This document shows, in pieces, positions 51,886 to 63,900 of a DNA stretch of 64,000 nucleotides. The stretch covers positions 8,692,962 to 8,756,961 of the forward strand of contig NC_134034.1 of the NCBI RefSeq assembly GCF_964204645.1. Reading direction: 5' to 3'. The stretch's first letter is position 1; each line of letters begins with the position of its first letter. The stretch is from Tubulanus polymorphus. Its lineage: Eukaryota > Animalia > Nemertea. The position numbers and the translations under genes are program-made. A model generated the notes under the pieces. The model saw only the letters and a list, made by a program, of their open reading frames with translations. It did not search any database and was not told where the DNA came from.

Positions 51886-53437
51886 GCCGCCGTTTATGGC
51901 TATCTTCTAGTTAAACTTTTCGGCCGACTGAGAGCGTCACCGATCAAGATATTTCGTCGAGCAAGCTTGTGTACATATTCGTTATCTACCCGCCGGGTGC
52001 TTCGATTTTTTAGATTATTTACTTGCCGACTTTATTCGCTCTCGGTCGGGCGATTTAAATGTAAATAAATGTATATATATAACATAATCCGAGCGATGAT
52101 TTGAGATCGTCATTAGCACCTTTCGAGTCTCGTACTGTACGCCCGAATGAGACATGCATTTTTGACGCGACCACGACGCGAGACTTTTTCGAGACGCGCC
52201 GCGAACTAAGAGAATTTAAAGATATACTGTTAATTTTATTGACTTAGTGACATTAAATTTGAGAGTCCACGGACGATTTATATAAGTCTTATATCTTCGT
52301 CTTTTCTGAACGAGGAGAGGAGTTCTGCCGCTATTTTTCACCTCAGTGCCAGTCTATTATTATTCGTCTTTATGAGAGGACCAGTTCGATCAGGGACGTG
52401 TCAGCAGTAGTTAGATGGAGACCATCAATCGAGGATCCGAACCCTCAGTCCTTTATTGACTGATGGCCTTCATCCGGGGGTAGTCATGACAGGGTGTCAT
52501 ACGTAGAGAACGGTAGATGTTGGAGAGAACTAGGTTCGAACCCGAGCGAAATCCTGGCCAGGTAGTCGCCTACTTGGATGCTGAGCCCTGATCATGGAAT
52601 GAGAAGGATGAATATTTATTTGACGATAATTTAGATAAGAATTTATATCCTTTCCCTGAGGAGGAATTACTTCCCCCAATGTTTTCGTATAACCCGATTA
52701 TATTGTTCCAGGGCGAACCCTAGTAGCGAACGCCTATTTTACTTATCCAACCCTATAAAGAAACACTCTACCCAGGAGAGAAACGCTACAAAAATGGTGG
52801 CAGCGGTGGGATCGTATTTGAATTGATTTGATCAATAAGTTGATAGACCTGCACAGAAGAAACTCAACGAGAATTTTAGCACAGTATTCTTTTATCTTTA
52901 TTATTTTGGCACTGAGTGGAACGTACACTCTAAAAACAGGGAACATATTTCGAACTTAATGAACATGCTTACACTAAAAGAACGTGTTCACATCTTGTGA
53001 ATGTGTTCTGAGCGCTTCCATATACCAACTCAGAACGCCTGTGGGAAACCCATGAATGAGCCGTGTTCTCAAAATGTCCGATCAGTTACAGAACATCGCT
53101 TGAACATTTTTCAAAAGTCACGTGATTGTAGGACGCCATTGTGCAGTCGGGAGAACTTTTGCTTTCGTCAGCGAGAATATTTTGGTTAGGGCGGTAAGTT
53201 TTGTCTCTCTGTCATCTTCTCCTCTTGCCTTACGTTTGGGCCTATGCTGTGACTTATTTTTTCGCCGGCACGGCAGTAAATGATCATCGAATCGAGTGAG
53301 AATGACAGGGACTCGACGCTAAGAAATTCCCCCCGGCGGCCTACTAGCGTTCAGTTATAGTATAATACTACTATAGGCTATAGGCTGGAGTCTAGAGGGC
53401 CCTAGACTTAAAGAGACAAAGATAATGTTTTTTCTTA

Positions 53438-53858
53438 GGCCTATGGAATTAAGGTATCAGTTTACCGTCACCGCCCACGTAGATGGCCGGGTCCCGCATG
53501 GAAATTGTCATTATTTTTCATCTTTTATGTTCTAATATCCAGAAAATGAACATAATGCACCAAACACATAAAAGTCATTGATAAAAAGTTTTTTAAAGCA
53601 ATATTTAATATGTAGATTGGCTTTAGAAGTTTGGATTGCGATGTTTATATCTTGAAATTTAGAGATTATTATTGGAATATGAATGCCTTGTCATCTATTT
53701 TATTTTGACAGCTGAGCTACCACTAGCGCCATCTATCAAACATAAATTGAAGCTGTCATTTTTAAAATTCTAGGTAATTAAAGATGTTATAGGCCCTATT
53801 AAGTATCAACTTTTGACTTATGGGGTGACGGTAAACTGATACCTTACTTCTATAGGCC
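53438..53858. mobile_element. MITE with ~35-bp TIRs and TTA TSD (PIF/Harbinger-like)
   Basis: tta|ggcctatggaattaaggtatcagtttaccgtcacc ... ggtgacggtaaactgataccttacttctataggcc|tta. Confidence 0.82.
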
Positions 53859-54755
53859 TTACATTGATTTTTGGGAATATTTTTCTTAAACTTATGAACA
53901 CATAGTCATAGGCCTACCACCTCCTCAGTCTTTTTAATACAACCACAGTTACACTGTGCAGTCTAAAAAACCCATCTATTTTCCTAGGCCTAGGCCTAAA
54001 CCGAAACAATTTGAGTTTAACAAACTGATTTAAACAAATGCGCCTACCTACATGAAATGGCAAGTTGGGTAATGTTGAAACATGAACTGTTGGTAATGGT
54101 AAATATCAAAATCGGATTCGAACCTAAAGGATATAATATCTAAGAAATGGCATACGCTGCTCTGAACCATCGTGGCCAGCTGAGAACCCTTGTGAAATGT
54201 AATTGAATCATATTTTGAACCAACCCTAACCCCATTTCTTCACGTTTACAGTATAATAGGTCTATAGCAGATTGAATAAAGTATTCAACATTGCCTAAAT
54301 TGCCATGAAATGAGCTTTGCAGTTGTTTGTTTTAAGATTTGAAAGTGGTTTTTAGGATACTTGTATGCTCAAAATCCATTCGTTTAGACGGTGGACTCCA
54401 AATTTCTTGTATCAAGCATGCTCAAAGTGAGAATTCAGTGTCAAAATTTAATAATCATCATTGATATTTCAGGTCTTAGGGCTTTGCTCTTATGTTTAAA
54501 AACAATAAACTTCTGCGTAGTTACCAATGGGTGCAGAAATTCACTTCAGACGCTCAAACGATTTTATAAAAGCCTTAGAGTTTTGTGCATATTTATCTCT
54601 TGATGTAACTGACTATTTGTGTCCTAATAGCCATAATGTGATACGTGTGTGGTCATATACAGATCTATGTGTTTTGATAAACTTTATTACACACTTGAGA
54701 TGTGAATATCAGATTAGAAACAAAGCCTAAAGTGGTAAGTTTAACATTCCATAAA

Positions 54756-57212
54756 ATGCTGTGGCATTGTAGCATCTGCAATTACTTTAACAGGGATCCT
54801 TATAAATTCCAAAAACATTTGTTGGCGAAACACAAAAATGCTCCAAATTTTAGAATAAACTGTCAATTCTGTGGGGCCACATATGCTAATTTTTCATCCT
54901 ATCGTACTCATGTAAGCAGGCACCATAGAGTAGAACAAGATAATGTGAATGAACTGGAACCTGTTAATGATGCTGGTATGCACAATGAAGATGAGGGGAT
55001 GGAAATAGACAATTATAATGCTGACGTTGAGCAGGATGCTAATTTCAAAAAGCGTATTGGGCAGTTTTTGCTCAGTTTACGTGAAGGTGCTCAATTGAGC
55101 CATCAAGCTACCCTAAGGGTTATTGAAAATGTGGAAGATTTATTGCAGGATATGAATTTCATTATAAAAGAAAACCTTTTTAATCAACTTCCTAATTTGA
55201 CTGATGAGGAAAAAGATATTGTCAGTGGATGTTTTGCTGATAGAGAAAACATTTTTGAAGGTTTAAGATCGATTCATAACCAGGATAAATACTTTTCTGA
55301 GGTTTTCGATATAGTAAAACCAATTGGAATTGTTTTAGGTTATCAATTAAGAAAAATTAAATTCAAAGGGAAGTTTCGGTATAAGAGAGTACCTGCAATA
55401 GGATATTATATACCATTACTCGAGACCCTTACAAATTTACTCAATCAGTCAGATGTAAAGCAATGTGTAGATTCTGGTCCGTATGATAGTGCAAATGAAT
55501 ATTTACATGATATGTGTGATGGAAAATTTGTGAAAAATCATCCTGTTTTTATTGCAAATCGAAAGACATTGTCTTTTCTTGCATACGATGATGACATAGA
55601 AATTGTTAATCCCATTGGGACTCACACTAAAAAGCACAAAATCGTTCTTTTTTATCTAATGCTGTGCAATATTCCCCCAAAGATGCGTTCCAAATTACCA
55701 AATATAATGTTAATTGCAGTGGCAAAGAGGAAAGACATAAACAAATTTGACAAAACTTTTAAGAAACTTCTAGCCAATTTTGTGCATGATATAAATGTAT
55801 TATATAATGGGCACACATTACCTCTAAAAACTGGACCATACCGAACTAATGGGGCTTTAATTTGCTTTTCAGCAGACACTCCAGCCTCAAATGAGATAGG
55901 AGGTTTTAAAGAGGGTGTGGGTGGTGCCAAAAAGCCTTGTAGAATATGTGAAATCAAAAGTGAAAATCTAAATACTTGTTTCCATGCTGATGATTCAGAA
56001 AAAAGAGATGAAGAAGAACACCTAGCAAGGTGTGATTATCTTGAGGAACTTGATGGGCAGGAAAGGAAAGCAATGAGTATAGAGTATGGTATAAACTATA
56101 GATCTACTCTTTTAGATGTTAAAGGGTTCAGAGTCACGGAATGCTTGGTAATGGATGTGATGCATGTGCTATTAGAGGGTGTTTGCCCAATGGAAACGAA
56201 ATTGCTTCTTTCAAGGCTTATAGATGATAACCTTATTTCCCTAAGTGCATTAAACAGTGCTATTGAAAACTTTGAATATAGCTTTTTAGATCAAAAAGAC
56301 AAGCCTCAAGCAATTGACAAGAAGCTCCTTAAGAATCAAACTAGTGGAAAGCTTGGTCAAAGTGCACAGGAAATGAAAATTCTTATGTTTATTTTACCTT
56401 TTATTATTGACATACCTAGTCACAATGAGTACTGGAAAAATTGGCTGCGGTTACAGAAGATTACAATTCTTTGTTTATCTCCAGTAATATCGGAGGATAC
56501 CATGACATTTTTGGAGATTCTTGTTACTCAGCATAATCAAAGATTTCGAGACTTATACCCAGCTATTAACATTACTCCTAAAATGCACTATTTGCTGCAT
56601 TTGCCATCACAAATGGCTATGTTTGGCCCCTTACGAAACCATTGGTGTATGCGGTTCGAGGCTAAACATGCCTACTTCAAGCAACTTCGATGGAAAAACT
56701 TCAAAAATATCCCCAAATCAATGGCTGTCAAACATCAGCGGTGGCTCACTTACAGCTTTAGTAGCAATTTTCTCAAATCACACGATACTGTCTGCTTGGG
56801 TTCTATGTTAGATATCAATGTACATAATCATGTAGATATTATGAGAACATACCTTATGGCAAAGGATCCAGATTTCACAATAAATAGGGCCATGGTGAGC
56901 CCAAGGGTTCTAGCAAATGGACATTGTTACATGCCAAATGAAATTCTCCTGCTTGGCTTTGAAGAAGAATTACCGTGTTTTGTCAGAATCGTCCATGTGT
57001 TAGTTTACAAAGATACCAAGTATCTTTGTGTTTGTAAGATGGATATTCAACATTACAGTCTATCTCGCAATGCATACGAAGTTCGTCCTGGCGAACATAT
57101 ACTTATGTTATGCGCAGATGAGCTGAAATTCCCTTGGCCACTACCCAAGGTTATCATTGATGAATCATGCTATGTGTTGCTGTGTTATTCGCCGCTTGTT
57201 AATTTAGCATGA
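54756..57212 (+). CDS. Intact EnSpm/CMC-family transposase with two N-terminal C2H2 fingers (818 aa from first ATG)
   Basis: YDDDIEIVNPIG, NIPPKMRS, ADTPASNEIGGFKE..CRIC, DVMHVLLEG, TPKMHYLLH, GPLRNHWCMRFEAKH; uninterrupted ORF. Confidence 0.92.
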   Translation: MLWHCSICNYFNRDPYKFQKHLLAKHKNAPNFRINCQFCGATYANFSSYRTHVSRHHRVEQDNVNELEPVNDAGMHNEDEGMEIDNYNADVEQDANFKKRIGQFLLSLREGAQLSHQATLRVIENVEDLLQDMNFIIKENLFNQLPNLTDEEKDIVSGCFADRENIFEGLRSIHNQDKYFSEVFDIVKPIGIVLGYQLRKIKFKGKFRYKRVPAIGYYIPLLETLTNLLNQSDVKQCVDSGPYDSANEYLHDMCDGKFVKNHPVFIANRKTLSFLAYDDDIEIVNPIGTHTKKHKIVLFYLMLCNIPPKMRSKLPNIMLIAVAKRKDINKFDKTFKKLLANFVHDINVLYNGHTLPLKTGPYRTNGALICFSADTPASNEIGGFKEGVGGAKKPCRICEIKSENLNTCFHADDSEKRDEEEHLARCDYLEELDGQERKAMSIEYGINYRSTLLDVKGFRVTECLVMDVMHVLLEGVCPMETKLLLSRLIDDNLISLSALNSAIENFEYSFLDQKDKPQAIDKKLLKNQTSGKLGQSAQEMKILMFILPFIIDIPSHNEYWKNWLRLQKITILCLSPVISEDTMTFLEILVTQHNQRFRDLYPAINITPKMHYLLHLPSQMAMFGPLRNHWCMRFEAKHAYFKQLRWKNFKNIPKSMAVKHQRWLTYSFSSNFLKSHDTVCLGSMLDINVHNHVDIMRTYLMAKDPDFTINRAMVSPRVLANGHCYMPNEILLLGFEEELPCFVRIVHVLVYKDTKYLCVCKMDIQHYSLSRNAYEVRPGEHILMLCADELKFPWPLPKVIIDESCYVLLCYSPLVNLA

Positions 57213-57224
57213 AAAGGTGTAGTA

Positions 57225-57423
57225 TATGGTGGCTGATTAAAAAAATTTTTTAAGATGACACTTGGTCCCCACCAATTTTTTCTAATTCTACATTTTTCGT
57301 TTTAACACCACGTTAAAACCAGTTTTCATCGTTAAAACGAAAAATGTAGAATTAGAAAAAAATTGGTGGTGAGCTAGTTTCATTTTTATTTTATTTTTCA
57401 TGTGGCCCGAATCAGCCACCATA
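57225..57423. mobile_element. Palindromic MITE (~200 bp) flanked by GTAGTA direct repeats
   Basis: tatggtggctgatt / aatcagccaccata termini plus internal ~38-bp inverted arms. Confidence 0.75.
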
Positions 57424-57460
57424 GTAGTAGGATCAAGCACTGGTTAATTTGAAATTTTAA

Positions 57461-57681
57461 CCCATTAGCACTCAAGCCACCCGAATCCGTCCTGACACTT
57501 TTTTCGTCTGCTACACAAAAACGTTTATAGTGGTATATATTACTACAAAATAACACGAACTTGAAATACATGAAAATAAACTGGGAATGAGCTATTCTGT
57601 ATCGTAATAAATTTGGATTTTCCCTTGAATTTTCTGTGGAGTAATAGACACTACATAGTGAAATTCCTGAGTGCTAATGGG
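57461..57681. mobile_element. piggyBac-type MITE
   Basis: ttaa|cccattagcactca ... tgagtgctaatggg|ttga. Confidence 0.75.
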
Positions 57682-57968
57682 TTGAATGGATATATTTTTG
57701 GCCGATTGCAATGGCTGGACAAATATTCTAATACTAATACATGAAAACATTTTTACTCAGATTGATGGGATCAGTGGAATTAACTGAATTTAGCAGCATA
57801 TTTAGCTACATAATTGAACAGTTTGTGTCAGTGATATATGTGATCATATTACCTGATTAGGACTTGATCATATTACTTGTATGTATAATGAAAACCATAA
57901 ACAACAATGAATTTTGCAGTTACATCAAGGTTAATGTTGCACATAATTATCTTTCACCCCAGCTTATA

Positions 57969-60900
57969 ATGGAGAATAGATTAGTAAAATGTATCGAGCA
58001 AGCCACTAAAAGAAAGGTCTGGATCTTCTGTACAACCTTCAATGATCTGCGCAAGAAAGGTATGAGCTTATTTTTAGGTATTTTCCTTGGTTGGATCCTC
58101 TGTGGATTTATTGCATCTCTAGTTAGCCATTCAATATTAATTTCTTTACTTCATAAAATGCAGCAGTATGATAAGAAACTGTTTGACCTGATAATTTCGA
58201 CTCAAAATTGCCTACAATGATTATTTTACAGCAAATCATTCATCATTATTGAAAACTCAACTAAAAAATGTCATTTTAATTTTTACAGCTATGACTAAGT
58301 TTGGATATCTGCACTTGCCGATGGTTGTCACCAGTGATGGAGCAGAGATATTAGATGAGGAGGTGTTCAGCGCCTTGAAAGTTGACGCATATTATATTTG
58401 CAATGAAGATCCAATCACAATGGCAGGTGGGCCTACATTGTTCTTTATAATTGACAGGCATCTTTTTTATTCCTATCAATCATCGTAAGAAATTTTAAGT
58501 TTAGATTTGTACCCTTTTCTATAGGCCAATACGTAGTTATATTTTTGGAAACAAATATATTGGTTAGTTGCCATACTTATTATTGTATATGATTTTTAAC
58601 CAATATTGGAATTGGTGATATGAGTAATCTTACCAAAATGTCTATTGAAAATTGTTGATAAGAAAAGGTTGGATACCCATGCAAGTTAGCATACCTGATA
58701 TACACCAAACCACCACTTTGTAAGGTAGGGTACAAAATAAAACTTCCTGGTCCTGAAAAATTTTGTATTTCTGCCACTATATCTAGGTTCATCTTGTTCA
58801 TTCAACAAACTAAACATCACCAGCAAAATTGACTCGTTTTTGGATGACTCGTCATCACAAAGTTTGGATGAAGCATCGTCATCGGATACAGCTTCGCTTC
58901 ATGATGATTCCTCTGATACTGGAGAATCTAATTTTCAGGTAATATATATAATGCTCGTTTGAAAATGTGATTTACTGAACTTTTAAACTCCCTTGAAAAG
59001 AAGCTGTTTTGTTTTGACCACTCCTAGCTTCTCTATACAGAAGGTATGACACAATTGTATAGGTACCAAACTTCGACCCTCCCTAGCTATGCTGATTGTA
59101 AGTATGTAATCATATGTATGATGCTTAGTGTTATTCCCTTAGTTATTCAGTAAATGAGATAATTTTTGAAAAGTGTCCTTTTTGCAAATGTTGTTACATC
59201 TTATAGAACCGCCCTTTTTCGGTTATATCTGCCCCCTTCCCCAAATTAAAATGCTAGTACGGCCCTGATGTCGGCTGTTCGAATATCACGGATACCGGAT
59301 ACCGGACACCGGACACCTAAATACCGGATACCGGATACTCGAGATTGCGGAGTATATAGCGCATCGGGTCTAACGGTCAGCGGTAAACGGCAGTTCGTGT
59401 GAGATCAAGTAGAAGAATAAAAGGCCTAGATTATTTTCATAATACATCGGTATATGCTTTTCAAGTAAAGTAGCATACAAATGTTACCGGTATAGACAAT
59501 TCAATACAGATTTATTGCTTCCGAGTAATAACTCGATTACATACGACAGACCCGGTAACAAACAGTGGACAGAAAATATTTTTTATAATTCTGCCAATTT
59601 GAACGGATTACCGAATAGACCGTTACCGTTTTGGGCAGAGCTTCTGTACAATACAAAATATCTTTATCATTCAGTTTCACGAAGAAGGCCATTTTAATTA
59701 AGTAAAGCGTTATTGACGATCTATATTTTCATGATCTTTAGAATCAAATTTAACATCAGGGTAAATAGTCACTTAGAGAAATGGTAGGTACCTGTATTCG
59801 ACGAACTGATTTTTGAAGGTTATACCAAAACAATTGGTGTCCAGGGGTGTTGATTTTCGACGATCGCCATGGACTCAATTTCATTTTTAGGGACATTGTG
59901 ATTGAGAATGAAATGTAGACATATCGTCCAATAAATAGAATATACCGAATATTCTACTCCATAAAATAAGAAAACGAATTTTAATTCTTTGTTTGTAAAT
60001 ACTTGTTTTTCATTGGTGTTCATCCTAAATCAACAAATACAAACTGTAGAGATCTTTAAAACAAATTTTATTAGAAGAAACGTTACAAATGCCAGACTCG
60101 CTTATGGCTTTCTAACTTGAGATATAGGGCCTTGCAGTACTCAGCCCTATTAACGAAAGGATTTTACAGAAAACCAAAAAGGGCCACCAATACATATCCA
60201 TCACCAGTGAAGTAAGATAAAAAATGAATATAACGTTTAACTTCACCTAACCAAAGAACAACAGTATTCAGAAAGAAATATGTATAATATTGAGATCGAT
60301 GATGACACTAAAAACGTGAAAGCAGGCTGTAATCAGGCTGACAAATAAGTTGGTTAGCCTCTGTAACAATTTGACAAATAAATTGTATGTCGCGGCAGTA
60401 CTACTTACAACAGCACGGAAACGACTCCTTAGACCCGATGCGCTATATACTCTGCAATCTCGAGTATCCGGTATCCGGTATTTAGGTGTCCGGTATCCGG
60501 TATCCGTGATATTCGAACAGCCCCTGATGTCATTATGTCAATGTACCAGTAAATAAATGTAAAATTTCTATAAGGACTAATGAACAAAGTATATGAGCTA
60601 ACCTCCACCCTCTATCATTTTTTATTCTTAAAAAATATGAGAAAATCTGGATTTCATTTTCATTTTAATTCACCCACTCCCTGATAATTAGAAACAAGGT
60701 AGTTTTTGTGCTGAGGCGTCCTTATGCTTATTTTATTTTTCGTTTTTCAGATTCCTATAATTAGTAATACGTTATCTGAAAGTTTATTAAAGTCACGCAG
60801 TTCTGCCATAGCTGTTTGGGATAATGTAGTAGCAGAAGTTGCCTACGGTGTTTTAGCTCAGATAGACATACGGAGGAAATCTGAATATGATCTGATTTGC

Positions 60901-63900
60901 AAAGAGATTGTTGAGAAATATCCAAATCTGAAGAGAGATGATGTGAAACAGGGTGAAAATAAAAGACAGAAGGCAGAAAAACCATGGGTATAAAACTTAC
61001 AATAAGTTCATCTGTTCACATACAATAAGTTCATCTGTTTGGCATTTTTTGATAATGCTAATACATAACTGGGATATTCACAATAGAAAACCCAAGTGAA
61101 ATTTTACCAGCGTAACCTATGTAATTGCACCATTAGTAATTGAGCCAAATTTCACTCTCTAAATATTTTGTTCATATAATGATGAAAAGAATGGCCTCAA
61201 TGGAAAACTTGGTGAATTAGATAAAATAATTACAGGCTTTTGAATTAAGCACTTTGTATATTTTCATTAAGCAGTTATTCGCTTATTTATATTTTAGAAT
61301 TTCAATTTGCATTTCTAGGCCGCTTTTAAAAAAAGTCTATCACAGAAAATCCGACATATCAGATATGATTGCAAAACACCGAATGCTGTGAAGGATTCTT
61401 CCTTTGTAGTTACAGGTAGGTGCATCTCTCAATCAATCTCCTAGGAATATCTTGTTTTCTAATACACCGATTTCTTGAAGTTTTCAGAAAATAATCTAAT
61501 AGCTTGATATCTTGAGTCAAAATATATTGTTTGATAGAAAAAGATTTGTGAGAACGAATTACAAATTGTAAAAGTATTGTTACATTCCCAAATCAATCTT
61601 TCTAATCGTTTCTCTTTGCTTTTAAGCTGAAATAGTTTACCTAATTTTGCTTTATCTTGCACAACAGTTGAACCACAAGACCGTTCTGATGAAAATTGTG
61701 TTCAAGCAGGTACTAGTAATGCTACATCAACGTCACAAAATCATTCAGTAGAGCATACAAATGACAAGGGAAACAGCAAAGACCCAACAATCTCTTCGGA
61801 CAATGTCGTGTATTCAGATTCTACCAAAAATGCTGACGTTAAAGACGGTAATTTACCTGGCTCTAGAAATACAATTGTAATTGCTTAAACATGTTTGATA
61901 TTTGGTGCTCGTCTATGGCAAATTCTGCCCACTCAGTAAAAAAGTGCCAAAGTCATTGGTATTTCGCCCACTTGGTCTTCGCCAAATTGGAAAGTTGTCT
62001 CTCATAGTGTCATGAGTGTATTACCACATTTCGATCGAACTTTGGCTTTTCCTGTAATAAAGATACTTGTAGATTCTGTGACTTGAAGAACATGCTTATA
62101 TGGTCAATCATGAAATATAATGCATTTACAAGCCTGCTTCATATGTATTTTAGTTGCATTTTCCATGAAACTCCTTGAAAAACTTGGTGAAAGTATGCCG
62201 TTAGATCGACCACGAATAAACAAATTGATGGAGAAGACATTTGAGGCGAGAAGAAAAGAAATCATGAAATCTGGTGACATAGACGCTGTAATTGGAAAAT
62301 ACAAATTTTTCAACTTCATGCAATATGTAAGTCATCAAGAAACCTAATCTCTAACCAATCATCTTCATCTTATGCTCATGATTCCAACCCTGATTCCACA
62401 ATTGTAGTATCCCTTTTAGCCCACTTGGGACTTTAGTCCCAGCGGGCTATTGCGTTCACTTTTCGTCCGTCGTCCGTCCATAGACGGAATCCAGTTATTT
62501 TGAGAAGTTTTGAAGACGCTTGAATGGATTTTCTTGATCTTTAGGTTATACATGTATCTACCCTAGATACATCTTTGAAAACGCTTTAAACAATTATCTT
62601 GATCTTTCACATATGTTTGTTTCCCCCTATGATGCATCAGTATGAGAAAAATTGGGTCAATCGGACCCAAGATGGCCGTCGTGTGATCTTTTTTGTGCCC
62701 AAAAGGTCATTTTTGCCCTCAATTCCAAGACCTGTAGCTTCCAAATAGTTAGTCTTGATATTTAATAAATAGTGTCACTGTTGTAGTATTCATCTCACGT
62801 GGAATTGGTGTTACCCAGGTTTTCGCCACCAGGGGAGTTGAATTTTGAATTATATACAATTTGCCTATTTCACGCTTGTTCCACAGTTAAGGTTAAATCT
62901 TTCTTGGCCCTCTAAAATCAGCTAAAAATAACTTTCAAATACGCAGCAAATACGTACACACGGTTGGCCATTAAAAAAAAACTTTGAAACAAATACTATT
63001 TCCCAAGTGGGCACTGTGACCCTGGACACCTGGTTAAGCATTCGTCTATTAGTTTGATATCCTGTAAATTTTTGCCTTCAGATTATGCATGACTTCAAAA
63101 TGCTAAATTTAACAGAAAGAGAATGCTTTCATAAGCGTTTCTTAGAGATGACTACGCAGTGCTCCTTGATGTTTAACATCGAACAGCAATTAACGGTAAA
63201 TTATATTAGATTTTGTTTATTAGCTCCAATATGGCCTGAAAGCTTAAGGGGTGAAATAAATCCTTTCCCTTCCTTAAGTTTTAATGGCAGAGTTAGTAAA
63301 AATTTTCTTTAAGTTTTTATTAAATTAATTTCATTTCATTTAAGATATCGATAATGGTTATATCGAATAAAGCGGCAGAGCTTCCAACCTTTACTGACTA
63401 CCACTAATCACTGAAAACATCTTGAGTGACCAAAAACTTATGTTCTCAGTATCTGATTTGATATTTTTTCAGAACATCGAAACCATCAGTCTGATACAGC
63501 GAATAGAAGATCAGCTTGGTTATGGTAGTACTAGTTCTTCTATTTACAGTCAGATAAAGGTTAGCTATCCATATATCTGAATGCATGTAAGAATAACTGG
63601 AGAATCCAGTGAAAATAGCAAATTCAGTTAAATACATGCCATTGGAAAGACATTTAAGATTTTACCCAATTCAAATGAGATACATTGAAAGGCTTTTTCA
63701 CTGTGCAACTGAGCATATATTCATACAATTCATGCATTCAAGCATTATCCGTTCTCCAATTTCTACGAAGCCGAATTTTGAAAAAGGGCCTCATTATGTT
63801 GAGCGGGAAGTGTATTTTGACAAATATAACCCACAGATTGCATTATTTATGAAAAAGCGACAGGCTGGCCATAGTGCCCCATGGGGCTCTTGTTTCTATG

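Noticed and set aside
50866-52190. Possible solitary LTR with TATA box near 51557 and a tRNA-Arg-like PBS near 52165
   Set aside because: No second LTR, no coding remnant, and termini do not match; too weak to call
54702-54755. GTG start given by the ORF track for the transposase
   Set aside because: Eukaryotic context; the first ATG is at 54756 and a splice donor lies within this stretch
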